Assembly (NCBI GenBank): GCA_021787655.1
Contig: JAJYLM010000003.1
Coordinates: forward strand, 1-35,960
DNA length: 35,960 bases
Direction of reading: 5' to 3'
Origin: a bacterium
GTDB lineage: Bacteria > JAMCPX01
Positions 1 through 9,555 of the stretch are shown here, piece after piece (the first letter of the stretch is position 1; the number at the start of each line of letters is the position of its first letter). The notes below the pieces were generated by a model, which searched no databases, was not told where the DNA came from, and saw only the letters and a program-made list of their open reading frames with translations. The position numbers and the translations under genes are program-made.

Positions 1-1
1 C

Positions 2-1498
2 AGCACCACCGGTAAACTCTATATAGCAGACAATGCCGGCGTGTTTGCTGTGGACAATGCGACAGGCTGGACGACAAAGATAGTTCCTGCAACCGCATCA
101 TGTGCAAACTGCACCCTTGCAGACCCCGCAGGCATTACCATGGACAACAACGGTAACCTTATCGTAACAGACAGCTACAACAACACCCTTGTTGGTGTTA
201 ATCCGACTACCGGTACGACATGGTATGTACTTGGACCCGGCAATGGTATACTCAACGCACCCATTGGAGTGACATATTCAAATGGGGATCTGTACGTTGC
301 CAACCACGGATCAAGTACGATTACACAAATTAATGCCACGACCCTCAGTGCTGTGAATCTGACCTTAAGCCTTGCCCTGTCATCTGCACCGGAAGGTATT
401 ACATCCGACGGGAGCGGCAACCTCTATGTAGCATGTCAGGGGAACAACACAATATCAAAGATTGTAGTAACTGGCACAAATGGTGCGGTCACAAACAGCT
501 ATGTGACCGGACTTACAGCACCTTATGGTGTCAGTATATCGGGCACATCGATTCTGGCGACCAGTAATTCGAATCAAGTGTTGTCAACCGCAGGGATCGG
601 CGGCGGGGCCGCAAGTGCGATGTGCGCGGACTTCTCGCCGTGGGATATATACTCGAATTCGTCCATCATACCTGACGGGGCTGGAGGTTTGTTTGTCGGA
701 GATATCCATGACGCAATAATCTATCATGTAAACAGCACATGCTCTATAAGTACCTATACACAGGGTTTCGCAGACCCCTATGATATGACGTATGCCAACG
801 GTTATATTTATGCCGTTAACGACTGGTTTGGTGAACCTTATGGAGACAGTATATTAGAGATAAGATCTGACGGCGCTATGAAAGTGCTTGCACAGATTGA
901 GGGCTACGGCGCCTCGGTCAAGGGAAACCCTTCAGGCAGCTTATCCGTCGGTTCTTGGGACGGCAGTCTTATCAACGTCTCTTCGACGGGTGTTACCAGT
1001 ACCGTCTTTCCTTTGGGCACCTTTACCAACGGTACATCCGGTATTGCGTATGATAACAGCGGCAATCTGTTCGTAAACAATTGCGGTGCTATCGAGAAGT
1101 GGAACGGCTCAACACTGACATCCGAATTTGCGTGGAACACAGGCTGTTACCAGATAGCGTATCACAACGGCAATATCTATGTAAGCGATTATGACTATCA
1201 CAGAATAGACGTGGTAAGCGCATCAACCGGTGGACCGGTAACTATATATATCCCTTCAACAGCAGGGCTTCTTGGTCCGGAAGGCATAGGATTTGATATA
1301 TTCGGCAACTTTTATGTTGCAGATTACAGGAATGACGGATTGTTTCGTATAGATCCTCAAGGGCATATGACAGCTCTTGTACCACCTGCAACAAGTACGT
1401 TGATCGGTCCCAACGGCATTGCCATTCCGCCGTCACAGATGATCTACACGGTTGAAGAGGGTGGAACGGGTTCAATTATGTGGGTGATTGCACCGTAA
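2..1498 (+). CDS. NHL/SMP-30-like beta-propeller repeat surface protein, 5'-truncated by the window edge; paralog of 1705..3678
   Basis: Frame is open from base 2 (agc acc acc ggt aaa ctc tat...), matching the interior of the downstream paralog, so GTG at 41 is not the real start. Repeated PxGI(T/A)xDxxGNLYV(A/T)D motifs; ends WVIAP. Confidence 0.8.
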   Translation, partial: STTGKLYIADNAGVFAVDNATGWTTKIVPATASCANCTLADPAGITMDNNGNLIVTDSYNNTLVGVNPTTGTTWYVLGPGNGILNAPIGVTYSNGDLYVANHGSSTITQINATTLSAVNLTLSLALSSAPEGITSDGSGNLYVACQGNNTISKIVVTGTNGAVTNSYVTGLTAPYGVSISGTSILATSNSNQVLSTAGIGGGAASAMCADFSPWDIYSNSSIIPDGAGGLFVGDIHDAIIYHVNSTCSISTYTQGFADPYDMTYANGYIYAVNDWFGEPYGDSILEIRSDGAMKVLAQIEGYGASVKGNPSGSLSVGSWDGSLINVSSTGVTSTVFPLGTFTNGTSGIAYDNSGNLFVNNCGAIEKWNGSTLTSEFAWNTGCYQIAYHNGNIYVSDYDYHRIDVVSASTGGPVTIYIPSTAGLLGPEGIGFDIFGNFYVADYRNDGLFRIDPQGHMTALVPPATSTLIGPNGIAIPPSQMIYTVEEGGTGSIMWVIAP

Positions 1499-1549
1499 GG
1501 GGAGATCATGAAGGAGATCATGGAATTAAGTATTAACTGCGATTTGAGT

Positions 1550-1671
1550 CTCCCTCTTAAGCAGGGAGTTCATCTGCGTTATCCCTCTTACTTAAGAGGG
1601 ACCAAGGGAGTTACATTCTGCTTCTGTAATAAATATCATAACTCCCCTACCCCCTCTTATCTTAAGAGGGG
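1550..1671. repeat. Cluster of REP-like palindromes (inverted doublet plus one degenerate copy)
   Basis: TCCCTCTTACTTAAGAGGGA-CCAA-GGGAGTTAC (1582-1614) is an inverted imperfect copy of TAACTCCCCTACCCCCTCTTATCTTAAGAGGGG (1639-1671); shorter copy CTCCCTCTTAAGCAGGGAGTT at 1550-1570. Confidence 0.7.
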
Positions 1672-1704
1672 AATTTAAAGAGATAAAGGTAAAAAGGAGA
1701 CAAT

Positions 1705-3678
1705 ATGAAGATAACAAAAGCATTACTTAATCTGATGGTTGCGGGCATGTTTGCTGTCATTATAGCAGCAGGATGCGCAAACAATGGGAGCAACGGTCCA
1801 ACAGGTAAAACAGGCCTTCAAGGCCAGCCTGGACCTCTTGCCTCCGCACCGGTCATTGCCGGGTTGGACCCGACGACAGCATCATTTAATACGGTAATTA
1901 CCGTCACCGGCGAGAACTTCACGACAACACTTTCAGATATCACAGTCTATTGTGATGGTACGCCTGCTATGGTTGTCAGCGCAACATCGACACAGATCAC
2001 GGTCACGGGATGCGGAACAACAGGTGTATCAACCCCGTACCAGGCAAGCGTGGCAGTACTCATCAACAAGCAGATGAGCAACAACATAAACGAATGGATC
2101 GTTCCGTCCGGATACATATCCCAGTTTCCTGCAGCGTCTTTAACAGGTCCTCAGGGAGAGGTATATGACAGCACCACCGGTAAACTCTATATAGCAGACA
2201 ATGCCGGCGTGTTTGCTGTGGACAATGCGACAGGCTGGACGACAAAGATAGTTCCTGCAACCGCATCATGTGCAAGCTGTACCCTTGCAGACCCCGCAGG
2301 CATTACCATGGATGGCAGCGGAAACCTTATCGTAACAGACAGCTACAACAGCACCCTTGTTGGTATTAACCCGACAACCGGTGACACGTGGTCTATCCTT
2401 GGACCAGGCAATGGTATACTCACCAATCCCATAGGTGTGACTTATTCAAATGGGGATCTGTACGTAGCGAACAGCGGATCAAGCAAGATCACACAGATCA
2501 ACGGAACAACCTTGAGTGTTGTGAATCTGACCTTAAGCCTTGCTCTTCCATCAGCACCGTACGGTATCACAGCGGACGGGAGTGGAAACCTTTACGTCGC
2601 GTGTCTGGGGAATAATACAATATCAAAGATTGTAGTAACCGGCACAAATGGTGCGGTGACAAACAGCTATGTGACCGGTATTACAGCACCTTATGGTGTC
2701 AGTATATCGGGGACATCGATTCTGGCGACCAGTAATTCGAATCAAGTATTGTCAACCGCAGGGATCGGAGGCGGAGCTGCAAGCACGATGTGCGCTGATT
2801 TCTCACCATGGGAGACAAACGCGAATTCTTCCATCATACCCGACGGGGCCGGAGGCCTGTTAGTCGGAGATCCTTCTGACGGACTGGTGTATCATGTAAA
2901 CAGCGCCTGCAAGGTCAATACCTATGCAGCAGGGTTTGCAGACCCGTATGATATTACCTATCTAAACGGCAATTTCTATGCTGTAAACGAGTGGTTTAAT
3001 GAACCCTATGGTGACGCTATATTAGAAATAAGACCTGACGGAGCTATGAGGACACTTGCACAGATTGAAGGCTATGGTGCTTCGATAACACCCAACCCCT
3101 CCGGAACCCTTACAGTTGGTTCATTTGATGGCAGCGTTATTACAGTCTCATTAACGGGTATCACAAGTACAGTACTTCCTTTAGGATCAATTATAAGCAG
3201 TGATGGTGGTGCACGCGGCCTTGCATACGATAGCAGCGGTAAACTATACATAGGCACACGAGCAACCATCGACACGTGGGATGGCGCTACACTAACTTAC
3301 GGTTTTGCAACAGGTATTACCGGCGGTTATCAAATAATTTATCGCAACGGATACCTCTATATAAGCGATTATAGCGGAAAATCTATAAAGACTGTAAGTG
3401 CCTCTACAGGTGGAGCAGTAACAACTTATGTACCCTCCAGCACAGGTATTGGCGGCTCAGAAGGACTTGGCTTTGATATCTATGGAAACCTTATAAGTGT
3501 AGATGACAGTTCTAATGGTTTATTCCGTATTGACCCTCTGGGACATGTGACAGCACTTGTACCGCATGCTACAAGCCCTATGTTACATCCAAACGGGGTT
3601 GCCATACCGCCGTCGCAGCTTATCTATACGGTTGAGGAAGGTTCCACGACTTCACGCATGTGGGTGATTGCACCGTAA
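1705..3678 (+). CDS. Lipoprotein with short collagen-like G-X-Y linker, IPT/TIG-like domain and NHL-like beta-propeller repeats
   Basis: RBS AAGGAG; signal peptide with lipobox-like IAAG-C; GSNGPTGKTGLQGQPGP; PVIAGLDP...VITVTGENF...VVSATSTQITV (IPT/TIG pattern); many PxGITxDxxGNLYV repeats. Confidence 0.8.
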   Translation: MKITKALLNLMVAGMFAVIIAAGCANNGSNGPTGKTGLQGQPGPLASAPVIAGLDPTTASFNTVITVTGENFTTTLSDITVYCDGTPAMVVSATSTQITVTGCGTTGVSTPYQASVAVLINKQMSNNINEWIVPSGYISQFPAASLTGPQGEVYDSTTGKLYIADNAGVFAVDNATGWTTKIVPATASCASCTLADPAGITMDGSGNLIVTDSYNSTLVGINPTTGDTWSILGPGNGILTNPIGVTYSNGDLYVANSGSSKITQINGTTLSVVNLTLSLALPSAPYGITADGSGNLYVACLGNNTISKIVVTGTNGAVTNSYVTGITAPYGVSISGTSILATSNSNQVLSTAGIGGGAASTMCADFSPWETNANSSIIPDGAGGLLVGDPSDGLVYHVNSACKVNTYAAGFADPYDITYLNGNFYAVNEWFNEPYGDAILEIRPDGAMRTLAQIEGYGASITPNPSGTLTVGSFDGSVITVSLTGITSTVLPLGSIISSDGGARGLAYDSSGKLYIGTRATIDTWDGATLTYGFATGITGGYQIIYRNGYLYISDYSGKSIKTVSASTGGAVTTYVPSSTGIGGSEGLGFDIYGNLISVDDSSNGLFRIDPLGHVTALVPHATSPMLHPNGVAIPPSQLIYTVEEGSTTSRMWVIAP

Positions 3679-3709
3679 GAGAGAAATCATCAGGGTCGTG
3701 ATCAATTAT

Positions 3710-3745
3710 AAGGGCGGTGGCGCATGTGTGCCATCGCCCTTTTTT
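3710..3745 (+). terminator. Rho-independent terminator
   Basis: AAGGGCGGTGGCGC-ATGT-GTGCCATCGCCCTT stem (with G-U pairs) followed by T-run, 30 nt after the stop of 1705..3678. Confidence 0.8.
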
Positions 3746-3934
3746 ATCGGATTCGAGGTTTTTTCGCAGTTGCCGGTTCGTGATCTCTTACCCCGTATCA
3801 GCGATAGAAAATGCAGAGCTTTTTGTTTCGTTTAGAATTATTACCTGCTTTTTGCAGGCGCTTTATCAAGCATGGCGCCAATGCCTGTTTGTTAAGCTTC
3901 CCTTGTTTTGATATACATCAAGGAGAGGTTGTTT

Positions 3935-5161
3935 ATGTCCATACTATTCACGCCATACAAGATTGGTAAAACTGAGATCAAGAACCGGTTCGTCAAGTCC
4001 GCAACGTACGAAAGTATGTCAAGACCTGACGGAATCGTGACAGAACAACTGATCACTACCTACAGACTCCTCGCAAAGGGTGATGTGGGGCTTATCATAC
4101 CGGGTTTCATGAATGTTCATCCCTATGGCAAGGCCATGCCTTTCCAGACAGGCATCTATAGTGATGATATGATCCCTGGTCTGCGAAGGCTCACAGATGC
4201 GGTGCATGAATATGGTGCGAAGATATTCTTCCAGCTCGCCCATGCCGGTATGCAGACCAGCAGGGAGGTGCTCGGAAGGACCCCGATGGGACCCTCCGGA
4301 TCACGGCGTGACCCAGTCTATTTGTTCAAACCGGCGAAGATGTCTCAGGACGACATAGTGACCGCTATCCGTGCATTCAGCGATGCGGCACAGCGTGCAG
4401 CAGAGGCAGGGGCCGATGGTGTTCAGATCCATGCAGCACACGGATATTTGATCAGCCAGTTTCTTTCACCATTTTTGAATGACCGGGATGATGCATGGGG
4501 AGGCTCGGATGAAAACCGCTTCCGGCTCATGAGGGAAGTGATGCTTGCAGTCAGAACGGCTCTGCCGCCGGACATGCCGGTGATCGTCAAGATCAATGTC
4601 AACGACTTTGCCCCGAAAGACGGCGTACAGCCTGAACTGGCAAAAAAATACTGCGGCTGGCTTGCGGCACTGAAGGTCGACGGTATTGAAACCAGCTGTT
4701 CACTGCCGGTCTATTCCTTCATGAACATGATCAGGGGTGATGTGCCGGTCCGCGAGCTTGTCAGGGCATTTCCTCTCTGGAAGCGGCCTGCGGCCTGGGT
4801 CATGACGAAAAGGCTCGACGGTAACTACAACCTTGAAGAGGGATATAACCTCGATGGTGCGAAGGTCATACGGTCTGCAACAGGCAGCATCCCGTTGATC
4901 GTCGTCGGAGGAATGCGGTCAAAGGGGTTCATGGAAAAACACCTCCTCAACGGAGATTTGGATTTTATTTCCATGGCGCGTCCGTTCATACGGGAACCTG
5001 ACCTGGTGAAGCGGTTCAGGGCGGGAAAATCGGAGGCTGCATCCTGCGTTTCGTGCAATCAATGTTTTGCGGCAATGATGAACAGACTGCCGCTGCGCTG
5101 CTACAATAAGGACCTGTATCGGCATCATAACAAAAAGAGCATTTTAAGAGCAAATGTTTGA
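3935..5161 (+). CDS. NADH:flavin oxidoreductase, old yellow enzyme family
   Basis: LFTPYKIGKTEIKNRFVKSAT, QLAHAG, GADGVQIHAAHGYLISQFLSP, NDRDDAWGGSDENRFR, ARPFIREPDL; C-terminal CVSCNQC...C. Start moved to ATG 3935 behind AGGAGAGG. Confidence 0.9.
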   Translation: MSILFTPYKIGKTEIKNRFVKSATYESMSRPDGIVTEQLITTYRLLAKGDVGLIIPGFMNVHPYGKAMPFQTGIYSDDMIPGLRRLTDAVHEYGAKIFFQLAHAGMQTSREVLGRTPMGPSGSRRDPVYLFKPAKMSQDDIVTAIRAFSDAAQRAAEAGADGVQIHAAHGYLISQFLSPFLNDRDDAWGGSDENRFRLMREVMLAVRTALPPDMPVIVKINVNDFAPKDGVQPELAKKYCGWLAALKVDGIETSCSLPVYSFMNMIRGDVPVRELVRAFPLWKRPAAWVMTKRLDGNYNLEEGYNLDGAKVIRSATGSIPLIVVGGMRSKGFMEKHLLNGDLDFISMARPFIREPDLVKRFRAGKSEAASCVSCNQCFAAMMNRLPLRCYNKDLYRHHNKKSILRANV

Positions 5162-5274
5162 CACATGAGTCACTCTTCGTCATGCATGGAGGCAGAGGAG
5201 TGCTTTCATCTGTAGAATAAAGACAAGATCAGGAAAATTATCTTCACCGGACTCCCCGTGAAGAAGGAACCCGG

Positions 5275-6414
5275 ATGAAAAACATTTGTTTCATCGTATG
5301 TGCAGTATTGAGTTCTTTTACCTGTTCAATGAGCGCTTCTGCATCTGATACGGATGATCTTCTGTCCCTCATAACTGATCAAAAGGTCATCAATGCGCAC
5401 GATGCCGGATCTTCGGGTAATGAGCTTGTGCAGAACGAGGAGAAACCAGACACCGGCAAATATTACGATGGAACCGCAGGGACATGGCTCAGGGTGCACG
5501 GGTATGCACAGGTACGGTATCAATACCCGGAAAATGCCACGGCAGGTTTTGACATACACCGGGCACGGCTCGATGTCAGCGGAGATATAACCGACAGCGT
5601 CGGGTATAAACTGCAGCCGGCGTTTGAAGGACCAGCAGCCAGGCTGCTCGATGCTTATGCGGACTGTACGGCCGGATATTATCTGAAAATCACTGCAGGG
5701 CAGTTCAAAATACCATTCAGTCAGGAAAACCTGATCTCGTCGGCTTACCTTGAAACCATAGACCGTTCCCAGGCAGTCGAAGCGCTCGTCGCGCGGAGCA
5801 AGGATATTATCGGCAACCAGAACGGAAGAGACATAGGGATCAAGGCGGGCGGTAATTTTCTCAAGCTGCAGAACATGTTCGTGTTCGAATATGCTCTTGC
5901 AGTGCTGAACGGGCAGGGGATCAACACCATGGACCTGAACGATCAAAAGGACTATGTCGGCAGGCTGGTGATCCACCCGTTTACGGACCTCTCTGTAGAT
6001 GGTGAATACTATGCCGGGAGATACGCACTGTCGAACCTTACCGGAAGCAGCTATGAGCGCACGAGGATCGGAGCCGGCCTTGCGTACGTCCATGAACCGG
6101 TATCGGTCAACGTTGAATTCATACGAGGCAGCGACGGCTATGAAAGCAGTTCCGGCAGGGTCCTTACCAGAAGGCAGGGATGGTATGCCCAGACAGCGTA
6201 TTTCATTCTTCCGCACAAGCTGCAGGGTGTGCTGAAATACGATACCTACAATCCAGATATAACCACCGGCAGCACGTCGACGGTATACACCATCGGGATG
6301 AACTGGAATTTTACGACGGTTACGAGGCTCCAGGTAGATTACGGGATCAAGGATGTGGAAGGAACCCGGAAAAACAGCAATCTTCTGGCTGTCCAGTTCC
6401 AGGCCGGGTTTTGA
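5275..6414 (+). CDS. OprO/OprP-like (phosphate-selective) porin
   Basis: Signal peptide; GYAQVRY, FDIHRARLDVSG, LLDAY, ITAGQFKIPFSQE, GRDIG motifs; C-terminal aromatic (VQFQAGF). Confidence 0.8.
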   Translation: MKNICFIVCAVLSSFTCSMSASASDTDDLLSLITDQKVINAHDAGSSGNELVQNEEKPDTGKYYDGTAGTWLRVHGYAQVRYQYPENATAGFDIHRARLDVSGDITDSVGYKLQPAFEGPAARLLDAYADCTAGYYLKITAGQFKIPFSQENLISSAYLETIDRSQAVEALVARSKDIIGNQNGRDIGIKAGGNFLKLQNMFVFEYALAVLNGQGINTMDLNDQKDYVGRLVIHPFTDLSVDGEYYAGRYALSNLTGSSYERTRIGAGLAYVHEPVSVNVEFIRGSDGYESSSGRVLTRRQGWYAQTAYFILPHKLQGVLKYDTYNPDITTGSTSTVYTIGMNWNFTTVTRLQVDYGIKDVEGTRKNSNLLAVQFQAGF

Positions 6415-6445
6415 TTAAAATCTTTCATCGTTCTGTCTCGCTCGC

Positions 6446-6473
6446 TTGATTTTAATGATATTTCATGTATACT
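6446..6473 (+). promoter_or_regulatory. Putative sigma70-type promoter for the 6503-16543 gene run
   Basis: TTGATT-N16-TATACT in an AT-rich gap 30 nt upstream of ATG 6503. Confidence 0.4.
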
Positions 6474-6502
6474 TTTTCTCATTATAAAATAATGGATACT
6501 AT

Positions 6503-8170
6503 ATGAGATCCCATGAATTGTTAGTGGTTACATGGCTGCCCGACGTTAAGAGCCGGGTGGAAAAGCTCCTGCAGGATAATGAGTACGTTTATGACAGTGT
6601 ATCGTCCCCGATAGAGGCTATTGATGCTGTCGGGAAGTATGCATATAAAGTTGTCATTCTCGACTGTTTACTCCCAGGATTGAACGGCTATCAGCTCGTC
6701 AAGCGTCTCAAAGGGACGCCGCACGGTGGATATGCACAGTTCATCGTATTCATGAACAACATACCGGAAAACAAGCGCCCGGAAGTAATCAACCGATGGG
6801 GTATGCATGTTTTATTGCGAAAGCCTGTCAATGAAGATGATCTGCTGGCATCGTTGAAACAAGCGGAGTCCTACGATCTTCCCAGTGAGAAAATAGACCA
6901 GTATACATCCGACTGTGTCGAGGAAACGTTTTCAGAGCTCGCGCATGTTCTGTGGACCGGGAAGCTCACCTGTTATGGAGACCAGGGGGTTGTCAAAGAG
7001 GTCTACTGGGACAGCGGCAACCCGGTGTTCGCTATGAGCAGCAGCGAGGACGAGCGGCTGGACAAATGGCTGATGGGGAAAGGACTCGTATCCGAGGGTG
7101 TTCTAACATCTGCGTACGACATTATGAATAAGCGCGGCAAACGGCTGGGCGATGCACTTATCATACTGGGAGCCATCAGCGAGGACAGTCTCGAACATGC
7201 TATTTCGGACAATATGAAGGAAATCATCCTCAGCATGTTTTCATGGGACGGTTTCACGTACACGAAAGAGGAAAAAGTAAGGGGCATTAAAGAAATGACC
7301 TCGATACAGGATTCGTTTCCCATCCTTCTCTTTGAAGGCATCAGGAGAAAGTCCGGGATAGAAGCTATCAAAACGAAGCTTCAGGAAACGGGCGAGATCG
7401 TCAGTTTCAGCCCCGATAATATTTTCAATATCGAGGATTTCAAGTTTCCCCAGTCATTCAACAGGCTGATGGGACTCATCAACGGGAAGCGGACTATCTA
7501 TGAGCTGATTGCGAAGAGCGGCGTGTCTCACGATGATGCATACCGGTTTTTATACACACTGCTTCTCCTCAAACTTATACGATTGAGCCAAACAAATGAA
7601 GAAAATAAACAGGTGGCCATCAGCATGGCTGATGCCAGCAGAAAAACAAAGTTTACCGGGAATCTTCACGACGTATCAATCATGGAATTGATACAGATGC
7701 TTGAATTGAACAGAAAATCCGGAACGTTGCAGGTACACGACATTCACGAAATCGGCTGGCTGCTCTTCGACAAGGGCAGTATTATTGATGCCTATTACGG
7801 TGATCTGACCCGGGAAAATGCCGTGTACAGGATGCTGTTCCTGACAGAAGGGGAGTTCGATATAAAGTTCAAGAGCATTGTCGGCGAACCAAGGATAACT
7901 GTTGATACCCAGACATTGCTCATGGATGGTCTGCGAATGCTGGATGAGGTCAACAGGATAGAGCCGCTCTTCGGCAGTTTGAAGAAAAAGCTTGTTGTAA
8001 ATCCATTGCACACCCTGAAAACAAGCGAAGAAAAGGAAGAACTCATGCGTATTTTCAACGGGAACAATGATATATTGACGTCGTCCTTTCTCCTGAACCC
8101 GGACCCGCAGGCAGGGCTTGATATCATCAGTACCTTACTTAAGGATAAGGTTATAAAGGAAGAACTATGA
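6503..8170 (+). CDS. Receiver (REC) domain protein with two DUF4388/PATAN-like domains
   Basis: N-terminal VVILDCLLPGLNGYQL...LRKPV; central TGKLTC...KEVYWDSGNPVFAMSS...RLGDALIILG; C-terminal FTGNLHDVSIMELIQMLELNRKSGTL...FDKGSIIDA...GEFD...LLMDGLRMLDE. Confidence 0.8.
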   Translation: MRSHELLVVTWLPDVKSRVEKLLQDNEYVYDSVSSPIEAIDAVGKYAYKVVILDCLLPGLNGYQLVKRLKGTPHGGYAQFIVFMNNIPENKRPEVINRWGMHVLLRKPVNEDDLLASLKQAESYDLPSEKIDQYTSDCVEETFSELAHVLWTGKLTCYGDQGVVKEVYWDSGNPVFAMSSSEDERLDKWLMGKGLVSEGVLTSAYDIMNKRGKRLGDALIILGAISEDSLEHAISDNMKEIILSMFSWDGFTYTKEEKVRGIKEMTSIQDSFPILLFEGIRRKSGIEAIKTKLQETGEIVSFSPDNIFNIEDFKFPQSFNRLMGLINGKRTIYELIAKSGVSHDDAYRFLYTLLLLKLIRLSQTNEENKQVAISMADASRKTKFTGNLHDVSIMELIQMLELNRKSGTLQVHDIHEIGWLLFDKGSIIDAYYGDLTRENAVYRMLFLTEGEFDIKFKSIVGEPRITVDTQTLLMDGLRMLDEVNRIEPLFGSLKKKLVVNPLHTLKTSEEKEELMRIFNGNNDILTSSFLLNPDPQAGLDIISTLLKDKVIKEEL

Positions 8171-8745
8171 AGATAATCTGTGAGAAGTGCAGTAACGAAT
8201 TTCTCCTGAAAGGGGACGCCTTTGGCAGGGGAGTTCAGATGGTGCAATGCCCGGTGTGCAAAACACCGATCATGGTGAAGGCGGATACATCCCGTGATTT
8301 TCAACGGCGAACCGACAGGAACAGAAGTCTCGCGAAGGATCATGACGCTCATCATGAAAGGATGAGCCATGATCCGGCACAGAGACCGAATCCCGAGCAC
8401 CAGCATAAAGGCTATGATGATGCCAGTATCCAGTTGAATATGATACATCAGATTGAAAACAGCGGGGATATGGTAACATCGGAAGAGCAGTATGGTACGT
8501 CTGACGGAAGGAATGATGCCGGGAGAGCCGGTAACCTGATAAAGACCTTAAAGGCTGTCATCAGCGGCATAGACCCGTCGTCTGTTACCAAGAAATTTGT
8601 TCCGTATGTGTATTATGCCCTGATGATGTTTATTGTGTTTACGTCCCTGTTCCTGTTTTCCGATGTCATACGGCTCGACAATGCACGGGGGAGTGTAACT
8701 GTTTTCCTGCGCTCGCTCGCGTATGTCGTGACACATCACCTGTAG
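8167..8745 (+). CDS. MJ0042-type zinc-ribbon protein with C-terminal transmembrane helix
   Basis: MKIICEKC-x19-CPVC at N-terminus; polar linker; hydrophobic YVYYALMMFIVFTSLFLF; ATGA overlap with upstream stop. Confidence 0.7.
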   Translation: MKIICEKCSNEFLLKGDAFGRGVQMVQCPVCKTPIMVKADTSRDFQRRTDRNRSLAKDHDAHHERMSHDPAQRPNPEHQHKGYDDASIQLNMIHQIENSGDMVTSEEQYGTSDGRNDAGRAGNLIKTLKAVISGIDPSSVTKKFVPYVYYALMMFIVFTSLFLFSDVIRLDNARGSVTVFLRSLAYVVTHHL

Positions 8746-8750
8746 CAATA

Positions 8751-9542
8751 ATGCCCTCGTACGAACATGATATCCGGCATTCCGTACAGTCCTTGCATTT
8801 TATCAGGCGCCTGGTTTACCGTTCTTCCGTAGAATCCACGAACACACTGGCAAACAGTCTGGCACGGGAGGGCAGCGACGAGTGGACAGTCGTTGTTGCG
8901 GACGCACAGGAACACGGCAGGGGGAGGCAGGGCAGGGTGTGGCATTCCCCGCCGGGTGTCAATGTGTATACGTCGATCATTGTAAAGCCGGTCATTGCGT
9001 ATGATGATATACCCGCGATCAGTCTGCTTGCTGGTATGGTTGTGGCGATTGTTCTCGAACATGTGAGCGGCATTGTTGCAGAACTGAAATGGCCCAACGA
9101 TGTCATGATTGCGGGAAAGAAAATCAGCGGCATTTTGCTTGAACTCGGCAACGGTGATCCCGGAAGACCATACCTCGTTGTCGGGATTGGTATCAATGTC
9201 AATTCGGAACCGGGAGAGTATCCAGGACAGCTTTCCGGATCTGCAACATCGATGAAGACGCTGACCGGTACAACCTACGACAGGGCCGGGCTACTGAACT
9301 ATCTTTACAGGGAATTCCATGAATGGTATACTTATTATTGTTCTCACCAGGGCTTTATGAGCATTAAAGAACACTATATGCAGAGGTTCACAATGATCAA
9401 TAAACGTGTTCAAATACAGAGCGGTGCAGAGAGGATGAGCGGTTTCGTGGAAGATATAGATGCATCCGGCAGGCTGGTGCTCCGGGATGATCGCGGTGAA
9501 ACGACAACGATCAAATCCGGAGATGTATATAGAGTTGGATAG
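8751..9542 (+). CDS. birA: Biotin--[acetyl-CoA-carboxylase] ligase (no N-terminal HTH)
   Basis: VESTN, QEHGRGRQGRVWHSP, LKWPNDV, KKISGIL, GIGINVN motifs. Confidence 0.95.
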   Translation: MPSYEHDIRHSVQSLHFIRRLVYRSSVESTNTLANSLAREGSDEWTVVVADAQEHGRGRQGRVWHSPPGVNVYTSIIVKPVIAYDDIPAISLLAGMVVAIVLEHVSGIVAELKWPNDVMIAGKKISGILLELGNGDPGRPYLVVGIGINVNSEPGEYPGQLSGSATSMKTLTGTTYDRAGLLNYLYREFHEWYTYYCSHQGFMSIKEHYMQRFTMINKRVQIQSGAERMSGFVEDIDASGRLVLRDDRGETTTIKSGDVYRVG

Positions 9543-9555
9543 ATAAAGGAAGCGT

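Noticed and set aside
1550-1671. Possible mini CRISPR array
   Set aside because: Repeats are inverted relative to each other, non-identical, only 2-3 copies, and no cas genes are present.
1-3678. Diversity-generating retroelement TR/VR pair
   Set aside because: Both copies are full coding paralogs, differences are not adenine-specific, and no reverse transcriptase is in the window.
3717-3911. 64-aa ORF upstream of the OYE gene
   Set aside because: Starts inside the terminator hairpin, no RBS, no recognisable features.
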